Shown here: piece by piece, positions 1-15,300 of the stretch
How positions within the stretch are numbered: the first letter of the stretch is position 1
Layout: the number at the start of each line of letters is the position of its first letter
From: Tubulanus polymorphus
Taxonomy: Eukaryota; Animalia; Nemertea
Assembly: GCF_964204645.1 (NCBI RefSeq)
Contig: NC_134033.1
Coordinates: 9,866,655-9,930,654 of the forward strand
Length of the DNA: 64,000 nucleotides
Direction of reading: 5' to 3'
The notes under the pieces: generated by a model
Databases searched by the model: none
What the model was told of the DNA's origin: nothing
Seen by the model: only the letters and a program-made list of their open reading frames with translations
Translations under genes and position numbers: made by a program

Positions 1-329
1 GGTTAACTAAGTAAAATAGGGACTTCAAACAAACTTTTAACGAGTCAGACGTCTTGAAGAATGTAAAAAAGAGTCGAAATAGCGTCTGCAAAACGGGTTT
101 ATCTGAAAACCGGACATAGTTATTAGCTTAAGAAATTTTTGAAAAACTTGGAAAAGCAATGTTGGCCTTTGGTTCCCTAGTCATTTTCTTATGATAGCGA
201 TAATAACTAAACTAGGGCTAAACTGGATTATTCTTTTCAATCGTTTTTCTCCTATCATAAGTTTTCATTTGACACCGAGTTTTAAAGTTAACCTTCAAAA
301 ATAAAAAAGTTATGGACGTTTTTGTGATT

Positions 330-3300
330 TAAAAATTTAATTATTTGTCTATGAAACTAATTTCACAAAAATCATAGAATTTTCTTGTACAAAATCATTT
401 TGTCCATAGACCTTGTGCAACTTTATGAAATTGCTTAATATATATGAGGGCATTACAATTTGGATTGTTATTGAATATCGGAATTAATTTCATTTTATTG
501 CAATTCTTTTATATAGATATACTCTACTAATGTATCTCTAACAATACAATTTGTATGGGTATGAGTAACCCTTAATCAAAACTTATTTTTTGTCTAAGGA
601 CCTGTGCTACTTTTGGACAGGAATACAGTTTTCCTAAATAATGTATAAACTCGAATGATTCCAACAATTCACTTCATATTGAGTGGCCAGATTTCGATAT
701 TAGGTGTTGCATCTATTCATAGAAAAAGATATGTCTTATTTCGATGTCTTAAAAGATGTATAAGAAAAATTTCTACATAACCGTATGAATCTTATGCGTT
801 TTCTGGCTTCTATTTGATCTGTTCGAAACTTACCTACAGGTACGTAAAAAATTTTAATTCAATTTGATATAATTTGAAGTAGAAGTATTCCCAGATAGGT
901 GGTCAAACATTTGTTCTGAGTATAGTCAGTTGCAATGCTTATATCAAGTTCGTGGAAATAGTTACTCATCATATAAAAAATAAAGATTTACCCCATGATT
1001 TCAATCAAAATCAACCAATAGGATTCTAGAACTTTTGACATTGTTTACTCTTTCTAAGGAAAATCATTCATCAGGGTAATAAGTTGTTTTGAATTTAGTT
1101 ATTTGTCTTTAAAACTAACTTCACTTAAATCGTAGAATTTTCTTGTATGAAATCAATTTGTCCATAGATCTTGTTCAACTTTATGAAATTGCTTAATTTC
1201 TGAGGATTGTTATGAAAATATGAGAATTAATTTCATTTTATTGCAATTCTTTTGTGTCAATATCCCGTACTAAGGTATCTCTAACAATACAATTTGTATG
1301 GGTATGAGTAACCCTTAATCAAAACTTATTTTTTATCCAAGGACCTGTGCAACGTTCGGGCGGGAATACAGTTTTCCTGAATAATGTACAAACTCGAACG
1401 GTTCAAACAATTCTCTTCATATTGAGTGGCCAGGTTTTGATATTAGGTGTTGCATCTATTCATAGAAAAGGATATGTCTTATTTCGATATCTCAAAAGAT
1501 GTATAAGAAAAATTTCTACATAACCGTATGAATCTTATGCGTTTTCTGGCTTCTATTTGATCTGTTCAAAACTTACCTACAGGTACGTAAAAAATTTTAA
1601 TTCAATTTGATATAATTTGAAGTAGAAGTATTCCCAGATAGGTGGTCAAACATTTGTTCTGAGTATAGTCAGTTGCAATGCTTATATCAAGTTCGTGGAA
1701 ATAGTTACTCATCATATAAAAAATAAAGATTTACCCCATGATTTCAATCAAAATCAACCAATAGGATTCTAGAACTTTTGACATTGTTTTACTCTTTCTA
1801 ATGAAAATCATTCATCAGGGTAATAAGTTGTTTTGAATTTAGTTATTTGTCTTTAAAACTAACTTAACTAAAATCATAGAATTTTCTTGTACGAAATCAT
1901 TTTGTCCATAGACGTTGTGTAACTTTATGGAATTGCTTGATTTCTGAGGGCTTTACAATTAGGATTGTTATTGAATTTCGGAATTTATTTCATTTTATTG
2001 TAATTGTTTTGTATAGATATGCTCTACTAAGGTATCTCTAACAATACAATTTGTATGGGTATGAGTTACCCCTAATCAAAACTTATATTTTATCCAAGGA
2101 CCTGTGCAACTTTCGGGCGGGAATACAGTTTTCCTGAATAATCTACTAACTCGAACGGTTCAAACAATTCTCTTCATATTGAGTGGCCAGATTTTGATAT
2201 TAGGTGTTGCATCTATTCATAGAAAAAGATATGTCTTATTTCGATATCTCAAAAGATGTATAAGAAAAATTTCTACATAACCGTATGAATCTTATGCGTT
2301 TTCTGGCTTCTATTTGATCTGTTCGAAACTTACCTACAGGTACGTAAAAAATTTTTATTCAATTTGATATAATTTGAAGTAGAAGTATTCCCAGATAGGT
2401 GGTCAAACATTTGTTCTGAGTATAGTCAGTTGCAATGCTTATATCAAGTTCGTGGAAACAGTCACTCGTCATATAAAAGATAAAATTTACCCCATGATTT
2501 CAATCAAAATCAACCAATAGGATTCTAGAACTTTTGACATTGTTTTACTCTTTCTAACGAAAATCACTCATCAGGGTAATAAGTTGTTTTGAATTAAGTT
2601 ATTTGTCTTTAAAACTAACTTCACTTAAATCATAGAATTTTCTTGTATGAAATCATTTTGTCCATAGACCTTGTGCAACTTTATGAAATTGCTTAATTCC
2701 TGAGGGCTTTACAATTAGGATTGTTATTGAATTTCGGAATTTATTTCATTTTAATGCAATTCTTTTGTATAGATATGCTCTACTAAGGTATCTCTAACAA
2801 TACAATTTGTATGGGTATGAGTTACCCTTAATCAAAACTTATTTTTTATCCAAGGACCTGTGCAACTTTCGGGCGGGAATACAGTTTTCCTGAATAATCT
2901 ACTAACTCGAACGGTTCAAACAATTCTCTTCATATTGAGTGGCCAGATTTTGATATTAGGTGTTGCATCTATTCATAGAAAAAGATATGTCTTATTTCGC
3001 TTTCTCAAAAGATGTATAAGAAAAATTTCTACATAACCATATGAATCTTATGCGTGTTCTGGCTTCTATTTGATCTGTTCGAAACTTACCTACAGGTACG
3101 TAAAAAATTTTAATTCAATTTGATATAATTTGAAGTAGAAGTATTCCCAGATAGGTGGTCAAACATTTGTTCTGAGTATAGTCAGTTGCAATGCTTATAT
3201 CAAGTTCGTGGAAACAGTCACTCGTCATATAAAAGATAAAATTTACCCCATGATTTCAATCTAAATCAACCAATAGGATTCTAGAACTTTTGACATTGTT

Positions 3301-6300
3301 TTACTCTTTCTAACGAAAATGATTCATCAGGGTAATAAGTGGTTTTGAATTTAGTTATTTGTCTTTAAAACCAACTTAACTTAAATCATAGAATTTTCTC
3401 GTATGAAATCAATTTGTCCATAGACCTTGTGCAACTTTATGAAATTGCTTAATTTCTGAGGATTGCTACGAAAATATCGGAATTAATTTCATTTTATTGC
3501 AATTCTTTTGTATCAATATCCCCTACTAAGGTATCTCTAACAATACAATTTGTATGGGTATGAGTTACCCTTAATCAAAACTTATATTTTATCCAAGGAC
3601 CTGTGCAACTTTCGGGCGGGAATACAGTTTTCCTGAATAATCTACTAACTCGAACGGTTCAAACAATTCTCTTCATATTGAGTGGCCAGATTTTGATATT
3701 AGGTGTTGCATCTATTCATAGAAAAAGATATGTCTTATTTCGATATCTCAAAAGATGTATAAGAAAAATTTCTACATAACCGTATGAATCTTATGCGTTT
3801 TCTGGCTTCTATTTGATCTGTTCGAAACTTACCTACAGGTACCTAAAAAGTTTTAATTCAATTTGATATAATTTGAAGTAGAAGTATTCCCAGATAGGTG
3901 GTCAAACATTTGTTCTGAGTATAGTCAGTTGCAATGCTTATATCAAGTTCGTGGAAATAGTTACTCATCATATGAAAAATAAAGATTTACCCCATGATTT
4001 CAATCAAAATCAACCAATAGGATTCTAGAACTTTTGACATTGTTTTACTCTTTTTAACGAAAATCATTCATCAGGGTAATAAGTTGTTTTGAATTTAGTT
4101 ATTTATCTTTAAAACTAACTTAACTAAAATCATAGAATTTTCTTGTACGAAATCATTTTGTCCATAGACGTGCAACTTAATGAAATTGCTTAATTTCCGA
4201 GGGCTTTACAATTAGGATTGTTATTGAATTTCGGAATTTATTTCATTTTATTGCAATTGTTTTGTATAGATATGCTCTACTAAGGTATCTCTAACAATAC
4301 AATTTGTATGGGTATGAGTTACCCTTAATCAAAACTTATTTTTTATCCAAGGACCTGTACAACTTTCGGCCGGGTATACAATTTTCCTGAATAATGTACA
4401 AACTCGAACGGTTCAAACAATTCTCTTCATATTGAGTGGCCAGGTTTTGATATTAGGTGTTGCACCTATTCATAGAAAAAGATATGTCTTATTTCGATAT
4501 CTCAAAAGATGTATAAGAAAAATTTCTACATAACCGTATGAATCTTATGCGTTTTCTGGCTTCTATTTGATCTGTTCGAAACTTACCTACAGGTACGTAA
4601 AAAATTTTAATTCAATTTGATATAATTTGAAGTAGAAGTATTGCCAGATAGGTGGTCAAACATTTGTTCTGAGTATAGTCTGTTGCAATGCTTATATCAA
4701 GTTCGTGGAAACAGTCACTCGTCATATAAAAGATAAAATTTACCCCATGATTTCAATCAAAATCAACCAATAGGATTCTAGAACTTTTGACATTGTTTTA
4801 CTCTTTCTAACGAAAATCATTCATCAGGATAATAAGTTGTTTTGAATTTAGTTATTTGTCTTTAAAACTAACTTCACTAAAATCATAGAATTTTCTTGTA
4901 GAAATCAATTTGTCCATAGACCTTGTGCAACTTTATGAAATTGCTTAATTTCTGAGGATTGTTATGAAAATATCGGAATTAATTTCATTTTATTGCAATT
5001 CTTTTGTATCAATATCCCCTACTAAGGTATCTCTAACAATACAATTTGTATGGGTATGAGTTAACCTTAATCAAAACTTAGTTTTTATTCAAGGACCTGT
5101 GCAACTTTGGGAAGGGAATACAGTTTTCCTGAATAATATTCAAACTCGAACATTTCAAATTATTCTCTTCATATTGAGTGGCCAGATTTTGATATTAGGT
5201 GTTGCATCTATTCATAGAAAAAGATATGTCTTATTTCGATGTCTTAAAAGATGTATAAGAAAAATTTCTACATAACCGTATGAATCTTATGCGTTTACTG
5301 GCTTCTATTTGATCTGTTCGAAACTTACCTTCAGGTACCTAAAAAATTTTAATTCAATTTGATATAATTTGAAGTAGAAGTATTCCCAGATAGGTGGTCA
5401 AACATTTGTTCTGAGTATAGTCAGTTGCAATGCTTATATCAAGTTCGTGGAAATAGTTACTCATCATATATAAAATAAAGATTTACCCCATGATTTCAAT
5501 CAAAATCAACCAATAAGATTCTAGAACTTTTGACATTGTTTTACTCTTTCTAATGAAAATGATTCATCAGGGTAATAAGTTGTTTTGAATTTAGTTATTT
5601 GTCTTTAAAACTAACTTCACTTAAATCATAGAATTTTCTTGTATGAAATCATTTTGTCCATAGACCTTGTGCAACTTTATGAAATTGATTAATTTCTGAG
5701 GGCTTTACAATTAGGATTGTTATTGAATTTCGGAATTTATTTCATTTTATTGCAATTGTTTTGTATCAATATCCCCTACTAAGGTATCTCTAACAATACA
5801 ATTTGTATGGGTATGAGTTACCCTTAATCAAAACTTATTTTTTATCCAAGGACCTGTGCAACTTTCGGGCGGGAATACAGTTTTCCTGAATAATCTACTT
5901 ACTCGAACGGTTCAAACAATTCTCTTCATATTGAGTGGCCAGATTTTGATATTAGGTGTTGCATCTATTCATAGAAAAAGATATGTCTTATTTCGATATC
6001 TCAAAAGATGTATAAGAAAAATTTCTACATAACCATATGAATCTTATGCGTTTTCTGGCTTCTATTTGATCTGTTCGAAACTTACCTACAGGTACGTAAT
6101 AAATTTTAATTCAATTTGATATGATTTGAAGTAGAAGTATTTCAAAATAGGTGGTCAAACATTTGTTCTGAGTGTAGTAAGTTACAATGTTTATATCAAG
6201 TTCGTGGAAACAGTCACTCGTCATATAAAAGCTAACAGTTACCCCATGATTTCAATCAAAATCAACCAATAGGATTCTAGAACTTTTGACATTGTTTTAC

Positions 6301-9300
6301 TCTTTCTAACGAAAATGATTCATCAGGGTAATAAGTTGTTTTGAATTTAGTTATTTGTCTTTAAAACTAACTTAACTAAAATCATAGAATTTTCTCGTAT
6401 AAAATCCATTTGTCCATAGACCTTGTGCAACTTTATGAAATTGCTAAATTTCTGAGGATTGTTATGAAAATATCGGAATTAATTTCATTTTATTGCAATT
6501 CTTTTGTATCAATATCCCCTACTAAGGTATCTCTAACAATACAATTTGTATGGGTATGAGTTACCCTTAATCAAAACTTAGTTTTTATCCAAAGACCTGT
6601 GCAACTTTGGGAAGGGAATGCAGTTGAATAATATTCAAACTCGAACAGTTCAAACAATTCTCTTCATATTGGGTGGCCAGATTTTGATATTAGGTGTTGC
6701 ATCTATTCATAGAAAAAGATATGTCTTATTTCGATGTCTTAAAAAATGTATAAGAAAAATTTCTACATAACCGTATGAATCTTATGCGTTTTCTGGCTTC
6801 TATTTGATCTGTTCGAAACTTACCTACAGGTACAAAAAAAAATTTTAATTCAATTTGATATAAATTGAAGTAGAATTATTCCCAGATAGGTGGTCAAACA
6901 TTTGTTCTGAGTATAGTCAGTTGCAATGCTTATATCAAGTTTGTGGAAATAGTTACTCATCATATAAAAAATAAAGATTTACCCCATGATTTCAATCAAA
7001 ATCAACCAATAGGATTCTAGAACTTTTGACATTGTTTTACTCTTTCTAACGAAAATGATTCATCAGGGTAATAAGTTGTTTTGAATTTAGATATTTGTCT
7101 TTAAAACTAATTTCACTTAAATCATAGAATTTTCTTGTATGAAATCATTTTGTCCATAGTCCTTGTGCGACTTTATGAAATTGCTTAATTTCTGAGGGCT
7201 TTACAATTAGGATTGTTATTGAATTTCGGAATTTATTTCATTTTATTGCAATTCTTTTGTATAGATATGCTCTACTAAGGTATCTCTAACAATACAATTT
7301 GTATGGGTATGAGTTACCCTTAATCAAAACTTATTTTTTATCCAAGGACCTGTGCAACTTTCGGGCGGGAATACAGTTTTCCTGGATAATCTACTAACTC
7401 GAACGGTTCAAACAATTCTCTTCATATTGAGTGGCCAGATTTTGATATTAGGTGTTGCATCTATTCATAGAAAAAGATATGTCTTATTTCGATATCTCAA
7501 AAGATGTATAAGAAAAATTTCTACATAACCGTATGAATCTTATGCGTTTTCTGGCTTCTATTTGATCTGTTCGAAACTTACCTACAGGTACGTAATAAAT
7601 TTTAATTCAATTTGATATGATTTGAAGTAGAAGTATTTCAAAATAGGTGGTCAAACATTTGTTCTGAGTGTAGTAAGTTACAATGTTTATATCAAGTTCG
7701 TGGAAACAGTCACTCGTCATATAAAAGCTAACAGTTACCCCATGATTTCAATCAAAATCAACCAATAGGATTCTAGAACTTTTGACATTGTTTTACTCTT
7801 TCTAACGAAAATCATTCATCAGGGTAATAAGTTGTTTTGAATTGAGATATTTGTCTTTAAAACTAACTTCACTTAAATCATAGAATTTTCTTGTATGAAA
7901 TCATTTTGTCCATAGTCCTTGTGCAACTTTATGAAATTGCTTAATTTCTGAGGGCTTTACAATTAGGATTGTTATTGAGTTTCGGAATTTATTTCATTTT
8001 ATTGCAATTCTTTTGTATAGATATGCTCTACTAAGGTTTCTCTAACAATACAATTTGTATGGGTATGAGTTAACCTTAATCAAAACTTATTTTTTATCCA
8101 AGGACCTGTGCAACTTTCGGGCGGGAATACAGTTTTCCTGAATAATGTACAAACTCGAACGGTTCAAACAATTCTCTTCATATTGAGTGGCCAGGTTTTG
8201 ATATAAGGGTTTGCACCTATTCATAGAAAAAGATATGTCTTATTTCGTTGTCTTAAACGATGTATAAGAATAATTTCTACATAACCGTATGAATCTGATG
8301 CGTGTTCTGGCTTCTATTTGATCTGTTCAAACTTACCTACAGGTACGTAATAAATTTTAATTCAATTTGATATAATTTGAAGTAGAAGTATTCCCAGATA
8401 GGTGGTCAAACATTTGTTCTGAGTATAGTCTGTTGCAATGCTTATATCAAGTTCGTGGAAACAGTCACTCGTCATATAAAAGATAATATTTACCCCATGA
8501 TTTCAATCAAAATCAACCAATAGGATTCTAGAACTTTTGACATTGTTTTACTCTTTCTAACGAAAATGATTCATCAGGGTAATAAGTTGTTTTGAATTTA
8601 GTTATTTGTCTTTAAAACCAACTTAACTAAAATCATAGAATTTTCTCGTATGAAATCAATTTGTCCATAGACCTTGTGCAACTTTATGAAATTGCTTAAT
8701 TTCTGAGGATTGTTATGAAAATATCGGCATTAATTTCATTTTATTGCAATTCTTTTGTATCAATATCCCCTACTAAGGTATCTCTAACAAAACAATTTGT
8801 ATGGGGATGAGTTACCCTTAATCAAAACTTAGTTTTTATCCGAGGACCTGCGCAACTTTGGGAAGGGAATACAGTTTTCCTGAATAATATTCAAACTCGA
8901 ACAGTTCAAACAATTCTCTTTATATTGAGTGGCCAGATTTTGATATTAGGTGTTGCACCTATTCATAGAAAAAGATATGTCTCATTTCGATGTCTTAAAA
9001 GATTTATAAGAATAATTTCTACATAACCGTATGATTCTTATGCCTTTTCTGGCTTCTATTTGATCTGTTCGAAACTTACCTTCAGGTACGTAATACATTT
9101 TAATTCAATTTGATATCAGTTGAAGTAGAAGTATTTCCAAATAGGTGGTCAAAAATTTGTTCTGAGTGTAGTCAGTTGCAATGTTTATATCAAGTTCGTG
9201 GAAACAAGTCACTCATCATATAAAAGATAAAATTTACCCCATGATTCCATTCAAAATCAACCAATAGGATTCTAGAACTTTTGACATTGTTTTACTCTTT

Positions 9301-12300
9301 CTAACGAAAATGATTCATCAGGGTAATAAGTTGTTTTGAATTTAGTTATTTGTCTTTAAAACTAACTTCACTAAAATCATAGAATTTTCTTGTATGAAAT
9401 CAATTTGTCCATAGACCATGTGCAACTTTATGAAATTGCTAAATTTCTGAGGATTGTTATGAAAATATCGGAATTAATTTCATTTTATTGCAATTCTTTT
9501 GTATCAATATCCCCTACTAAGGTATCTCTAACAATACAATTTGTATGGGTATGAGTTACCCTTAATCAAAACTTAGTTTTTATCCAAGGACCTGTGCAAC
9601 TTTGGGAAGGGAATACAGTTGAATAATATTCAAACTCGAACAGTTCAAACAATTCTCTTCATATTGGGTGGCCAGATTTTGATATTAGGTGTTGCATCTA
9701 TTCATAGAAAAAGATATGTCTTATTTCGATGTCTTAAAAGATGTATAAGAAAAATTTCTACATAACCGTATGAATCTTATGCGTTTTCTGGCTTCTATTT
9801 GATCTGTTCGAAACTTACCTACAGGTACGTAAAAAATTTTAATTCGATTTGATATAATTTGAAGTAGAAGTATTCCCAGATAGGTGGTCAAACATTTTTT
9901 CTGAGTATAGTCAGTTGCAATGCTTATATCAAGTTCGTGGAAATAGTTACTCATCGTATGAAAAATAAAGATTTACCCCATGATTTCAATCAAAATCAAC
10001 CAATAGGATTCTAGAACTTTTGACATTGTTTTACTCTTTCTAACGAAAATCATTCATCAGGGTAATAAGTTGTTTTGAATTGAGATATTTGTCTTTAAAA
10101 CTAACTTCACTTAAATCATAGAATTTTCTTGTATGAAATCATTTTGTCCATAGTCCTTGTGCAACTTTATGAAATTGCTTAATTTCTGAGGGCTTTACAA
10201 TTAGGATTGTTATTGAATTTCGGAATTTATTTCATTTTATTGCAATTCTTTTGTATAGATATGCTCTACTAAGGTTTCTCTAACAATACAATTTGTATGG
10301 GTGTGAGTTAACCTTAATCAAAACTTATTTTTTATCAAAGGACCTGTGCAACTTTCGGGCGGGAATACAGTTTTCCTGAATAATGTACAAACTCGAACGG
10401 TTCAAACAATTCTCTTCATATTGAGTGGCCAGGTTTTGATATAAGGGTTTGCACCTATTCATAGAAAAAGATATGTCTTATTTCGTTGTCTTAAACGATG
10501 TATAAGAATAATTTCTACATAACCGTATGAATCTGATGCGTGTTCTGGCTTCTATTTGATCTGTTCAAACTTACCTACAGGTACGTAATAAATTTTAATT
10601 CAATTTGATATAATTTGAAGTAGAAGTATTCCCAGATAGGTGGTCAAACATTTGTTCTGAGTATAGTCTGTTGCAATGCTTATATCAAGTTCGTGGAAAC
10701 AGTCACTCGTCATATAAAAGATAATATTTACCCCATGATTTCAATCAAAATCAACCAATAGGATTCTAGAACTTTTGACATTGTTTTACTCTTTCTAACG
10801 AAAATGATTCATCAGGGTAATAGGTTGTTTTGAATTTAGTTATTTGTCTTTAAAACCAACTTAACTAAAATCATAGAATTTTCTCGTATGAAATCAATTT
10901 GTCCATAGACCTTGTGCAACTTTATGAAATTGCTAAATTTCTGAGGATTGTTATGAAAATATCGGAATTAATTTCATTTTATTGCAATTCTTTTGTATCA
11001 ATATCCCCTACTAAGGTATCTCTAACAATACAATTTGTATGGGTATGAGTTACCCTTAATCAAAACTTAGTTTTTATCCAAGGACCTGTGCAACTTTGGG
11101 AAGGGAATACAGTTGAATAATATTCAAACTCGAACAGTTCAAACAATTCTCTTCATATTGGGTGGCCAGATTTTGATATTAGGTGTTGCATCTATTCATA
11201 GAAAAAGATATGTCTTATTTCGATGTCTTAAAAGATGTATAAGAAAAATTTCTACATAACCGTATGAATCTTATGCGTTTTCTTGCTTCTATTTGATCTG
11301 TTCGAAACTTACCTACAGGTACGTAAAAAATTTTAATTCAATTTGATATAATTTGAAGTAGAAGTATTCCCAGATAGGTGGTCAAACATTTTTTCTGAGT
11401 ATAGTCAGTTGCAATGCTTATATCAAGTTCGTGGAAATAGTTACTCATCGTATAAAAAATAAAGATTTACCCCATGATTTCAATCAAAATCAACCAATAG
11501 GATTCTAGAACTTTTGACATTGTTTTACTCTTTCTAACGAAAATCATTCATCAGGGTAATAAGTTGTTTTGAATTGAGATATTTGTCTTTAAAACTAACT
11601 TCACTTAAATCATAGAATTTTCTTGTATGAAATCATTTTGTCCATAGTCCTTGTGCAACTTTATGAAATTGCTTAATTTCTGAGGGCTTTACAATTAGGA
11701 TTGTTATTGAATTTCGGAATTTATTTCATTTTATTGCAATTCTTTTGTATAGATATGCTCTACTAAGGTTTCTCTAACAATACAATTTGTATGGGTATGA
11801 GTTAACCTTAATCAAAACTTATTTTTTATCAAAGGACCTGTGCAACTTTCGGGCGGGAATACAGTTTTCCTGAATAATGTACAAACTCGAACGGTTCAAA
11901 CAATTCTCTTCATATTGAGTGGCCAGGTTTTGATATAAGGTTTTGCACCTATTCATAGAAAAAGATATGTCTTATTTCGTTGTCTTAAACGATGTATAAG
12001 AATAATTTCTACATAACCGTATGAATCTTATGCGTTTTCTGGCTTCTATTTGATCTGTTCGAAACTTACCTACAGGTACGTAAAAAATTTTAATTCAATT
12101 TGATATAAATTGAAGTAGAATTATTCCCAGATAGGTGGTCAAACATTTGTTCTGAGTATAGTCAGTTGCAATGCTTATATCAAGTTTGTGGAAATAGTTA
12201 CTCATCATATAAAAAATAAAGATTTACCCCATGATTTCAATCAAAGTCAACCAATAGGATTCTAGAACTTTTGACATTGTTTTACTCTTTCTAACGAAAA

Positions 12301-15300
12301 TCATTCATCAGGGTAATAAGTTGTTTTGAATTTAGATATTTGTCTTTAAAACTAACTTCACTTAAATCATAGAATTTTCTTGTATGAAATCATTTTGTCC
12401 ATAGTCCTTGTGCAACTTTATGAAATTGCTTAATTTCTGAGGGCTTTACAATTAGGATTGTTATTGAATTTCAGAATTTATTTCATTTTATTGCAATTCT
12501 TTTGTATAGATATGCTCTACTAAGGTTTCTCTAACAATACAATTTGTATGGGTATGAGTTAACCTTAATCAAAACTTATTTTTTATCCAAGGACCTGTGC
12601 AACTTTTGGGCGGGAATACAGTTTTCCTGAATAATGTACAAACTCGAACGGTTCAAACAATTCTCTTCATATTGAGTGGCCAGGTTTTGATATAAGGGTT
12701 TGCACCTATTCATAGAAAAAGATATGTCTTATTTCGTTGTCTTAAACGATGTATAAGAATAATTTCTACATAACCGTATGAATCTGATGCGTGTTCTGGC
12801 TTCTATTTGATCTGTTCGAAACTTACCTACAGGTACGTAATAAATTTTAATTCAATTTGATATAATTTGAAGTAGAAGTATTCCCAGATAGGTGGTCAAA
12901 CATTTGTTCTGAGTATAGTCTGTTGCAATGCTTATATCAAGTTCGTGGAAACAGTCACTCGTCATATAAAAGATAATATTTACCCCATGATTTCAATCAA
13001 AATCAACCAATAGGATTCTAGAACTTTTGACATTGTTTTACTCTTTCTAACGAAAATGATTCATCAGGGTAATAAGTTGTTTTGAATTTAGTTATTTGTC
13101 TTTAAAACCAACTTAACTAAAATCATAGAATTTTCTCGTATGAAATCAATTTGTCCATAGACCTTGTACAACTTTATGAAATTGCTTAATTTCTGAGGAT
13201 TGTTATGAAAATATCGGCATTAATTTCATTTTATTGCAATTCTTTTGTATCAATATCCCCTACTAAGGAAACTCTAACAATACAATTTGTATGGGTATGA
13301 GTTACCCTTAACCAAAACTTAGTTTTTATCCGAGGACCTGTGCAACTTCGGGAAGGGAATACAGTTTTCCTGAATAATATTCAAACTCGAACAGTTCAAA
13401 CAATTCTCTTCATATTGAGTGGCCAGATTTTGATATTAGGTGTTGCACGTATTCATAGAAAAAGATATGTCTCATTTCGATGTCTTAAAAGATTTATAAG
13501 AATAATTTCTACATAACCGTATGATTCTTATGCGTTTTCTGGCTTCTATTTGATCTGTTCGAAACTTACCTTCAGGTACGTAATACATTTTAATTCAATT
13601 TGATAACAGTTGAAGTAGAAGTATCTCCAAATAGGTGGTCAAACATTTGTTCTGAGTGTAGTCAGTTGCAATGTTTATATCAAGTTCGTGGAAACAAGTC
13701 ACTCATCATATAAAAGATAAAAGTTACCCCATGATTCCATTCAAAATCAACCAATAGGATTCTAGGACTTTTGACATTGTTTTAGTGTTTCTAAAGAAAA
13801 TGATTCATCAGGGTAATAAGTTTTTTTGAATTCAATTATTTGTCTTTAAAACTAACTTCACAAAAATCATAGAATTTTCCATCAATTCAATCAATTTGTC
13901 CATAGACCTTGTGCAACTTTATGAAATTGCTTAATTTCTGAGGATTGTTATGAAAATATCGAAATTTATTTCATTTTATTGCAATTCTTTTGTATCAATA
14001 TCCCCTACTAAGGTATCTCTAACAATACAATTTGTATGGGTATGAGTTACCCTTAATCAAAACTTAGTTTTTATCCGAGGACCTGTGCAACTTTGGGAAG
14101 GGAATACAGTTTTCCTGAATAATATTCAAACTCGAACAGTTCAAACAATTCTCTTCATATTGAGTGGCCAGATTTTGATATTAGGTGTTGCACCTATTCA
14201 TAGAAAAAGATATGTCTTATTTCGATGTCTTAAAAGATTTATAAGAATAATTTCTACATTACCGTATGATTCTTATGCGTTTTCTGGCTTCTATTTGATC
14301 TGTTCGAAACTTACCTTCAGGTACGTAATACATTTTAATTCAATTTGATATCAGTTGAAGTAGAAGTATTTCCAAATAGGTGGTCAAACATTTTGTTCTG
14401 AGTGTAGTCAGTTGCAATGTTTATATCAAGTTCGTGGAAACAAGTCACTCATCATATAAAAGATAAAAGTTACCCCATGATTCCATTCAAAATCAACCAA
14501 TAGGATTCTAGGACTTTTGACATTGTTTTACTGTTTCTAAAGAAAATGATTCATCAGGGTAATAAGTTTTTTTGAATTCAATTATTTGTCTTTAAAACTA
14601 ACTTCACAAAAATCATAGAATTTTCCATCAATTCAATCAATTTGTCCATAGACCTTGTGCAACTTTATGAAATTGCTTAATTTCTGAGGATTGTTATGAA
14701 AATATCGGAATTAATTTCATTTTATTGCAATTCTTTTGTATCAATATCCCCTACTAAGGTATCTCTAACAATACAATTTGTATGGGTATGAGTTACCCTT
14801 AATCAAAACTTAGTTTTTATCCGAGGACCTGTGCAACTTTGGGAAGGGAATACAGTTTTCCTGAATAATATTCAAACTCTAAGGGTTCAAACAATTCTCT
14901 TCATATTGAGTGGCCAGATTTTGATATTAGGTGTTGCATCTATTCATAGAAAAAGATATGTCTTATTTCGATGTCTTAAAAGATGTATAAGAAAAATTTC
15001 TACATAACCGTATGAATCTCATGCGTTTTCTGGCTTCTATTTGATCTGTTCGAAACTTACCTACAGGTACGTAAAAAATTTTAATTCAATTTGATATAAT
15101 TTGAAGTAGAAGTATTCCCAGATAGGTGGTCAAACATTTGTTCTGAGTATAGTCTGTTGCAATGCTTATATCAAGTTCGTGGAAACAGTCACTCGTCATA
15201 AAGATAAGATTTACCCCATGATTTCAATCAAAATCAACCAATAGGATTCTAGAACTTTTGACATTGTTTTACTCTTTCTAATGAAAATGATTCATCAGGG

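Noticed and set aside
9721-14348. ORFs inside the satellite (9721-9954 minus, 14085-14348 plus) and the idea that the monomer is a coding repeat
   Set aside because: These ORFs exist only where single monomers lost a stop. The minus-strand frames I translated contain many stops of all three types, monomer indels are not multiples of three, and the peptides resemble no family I know.
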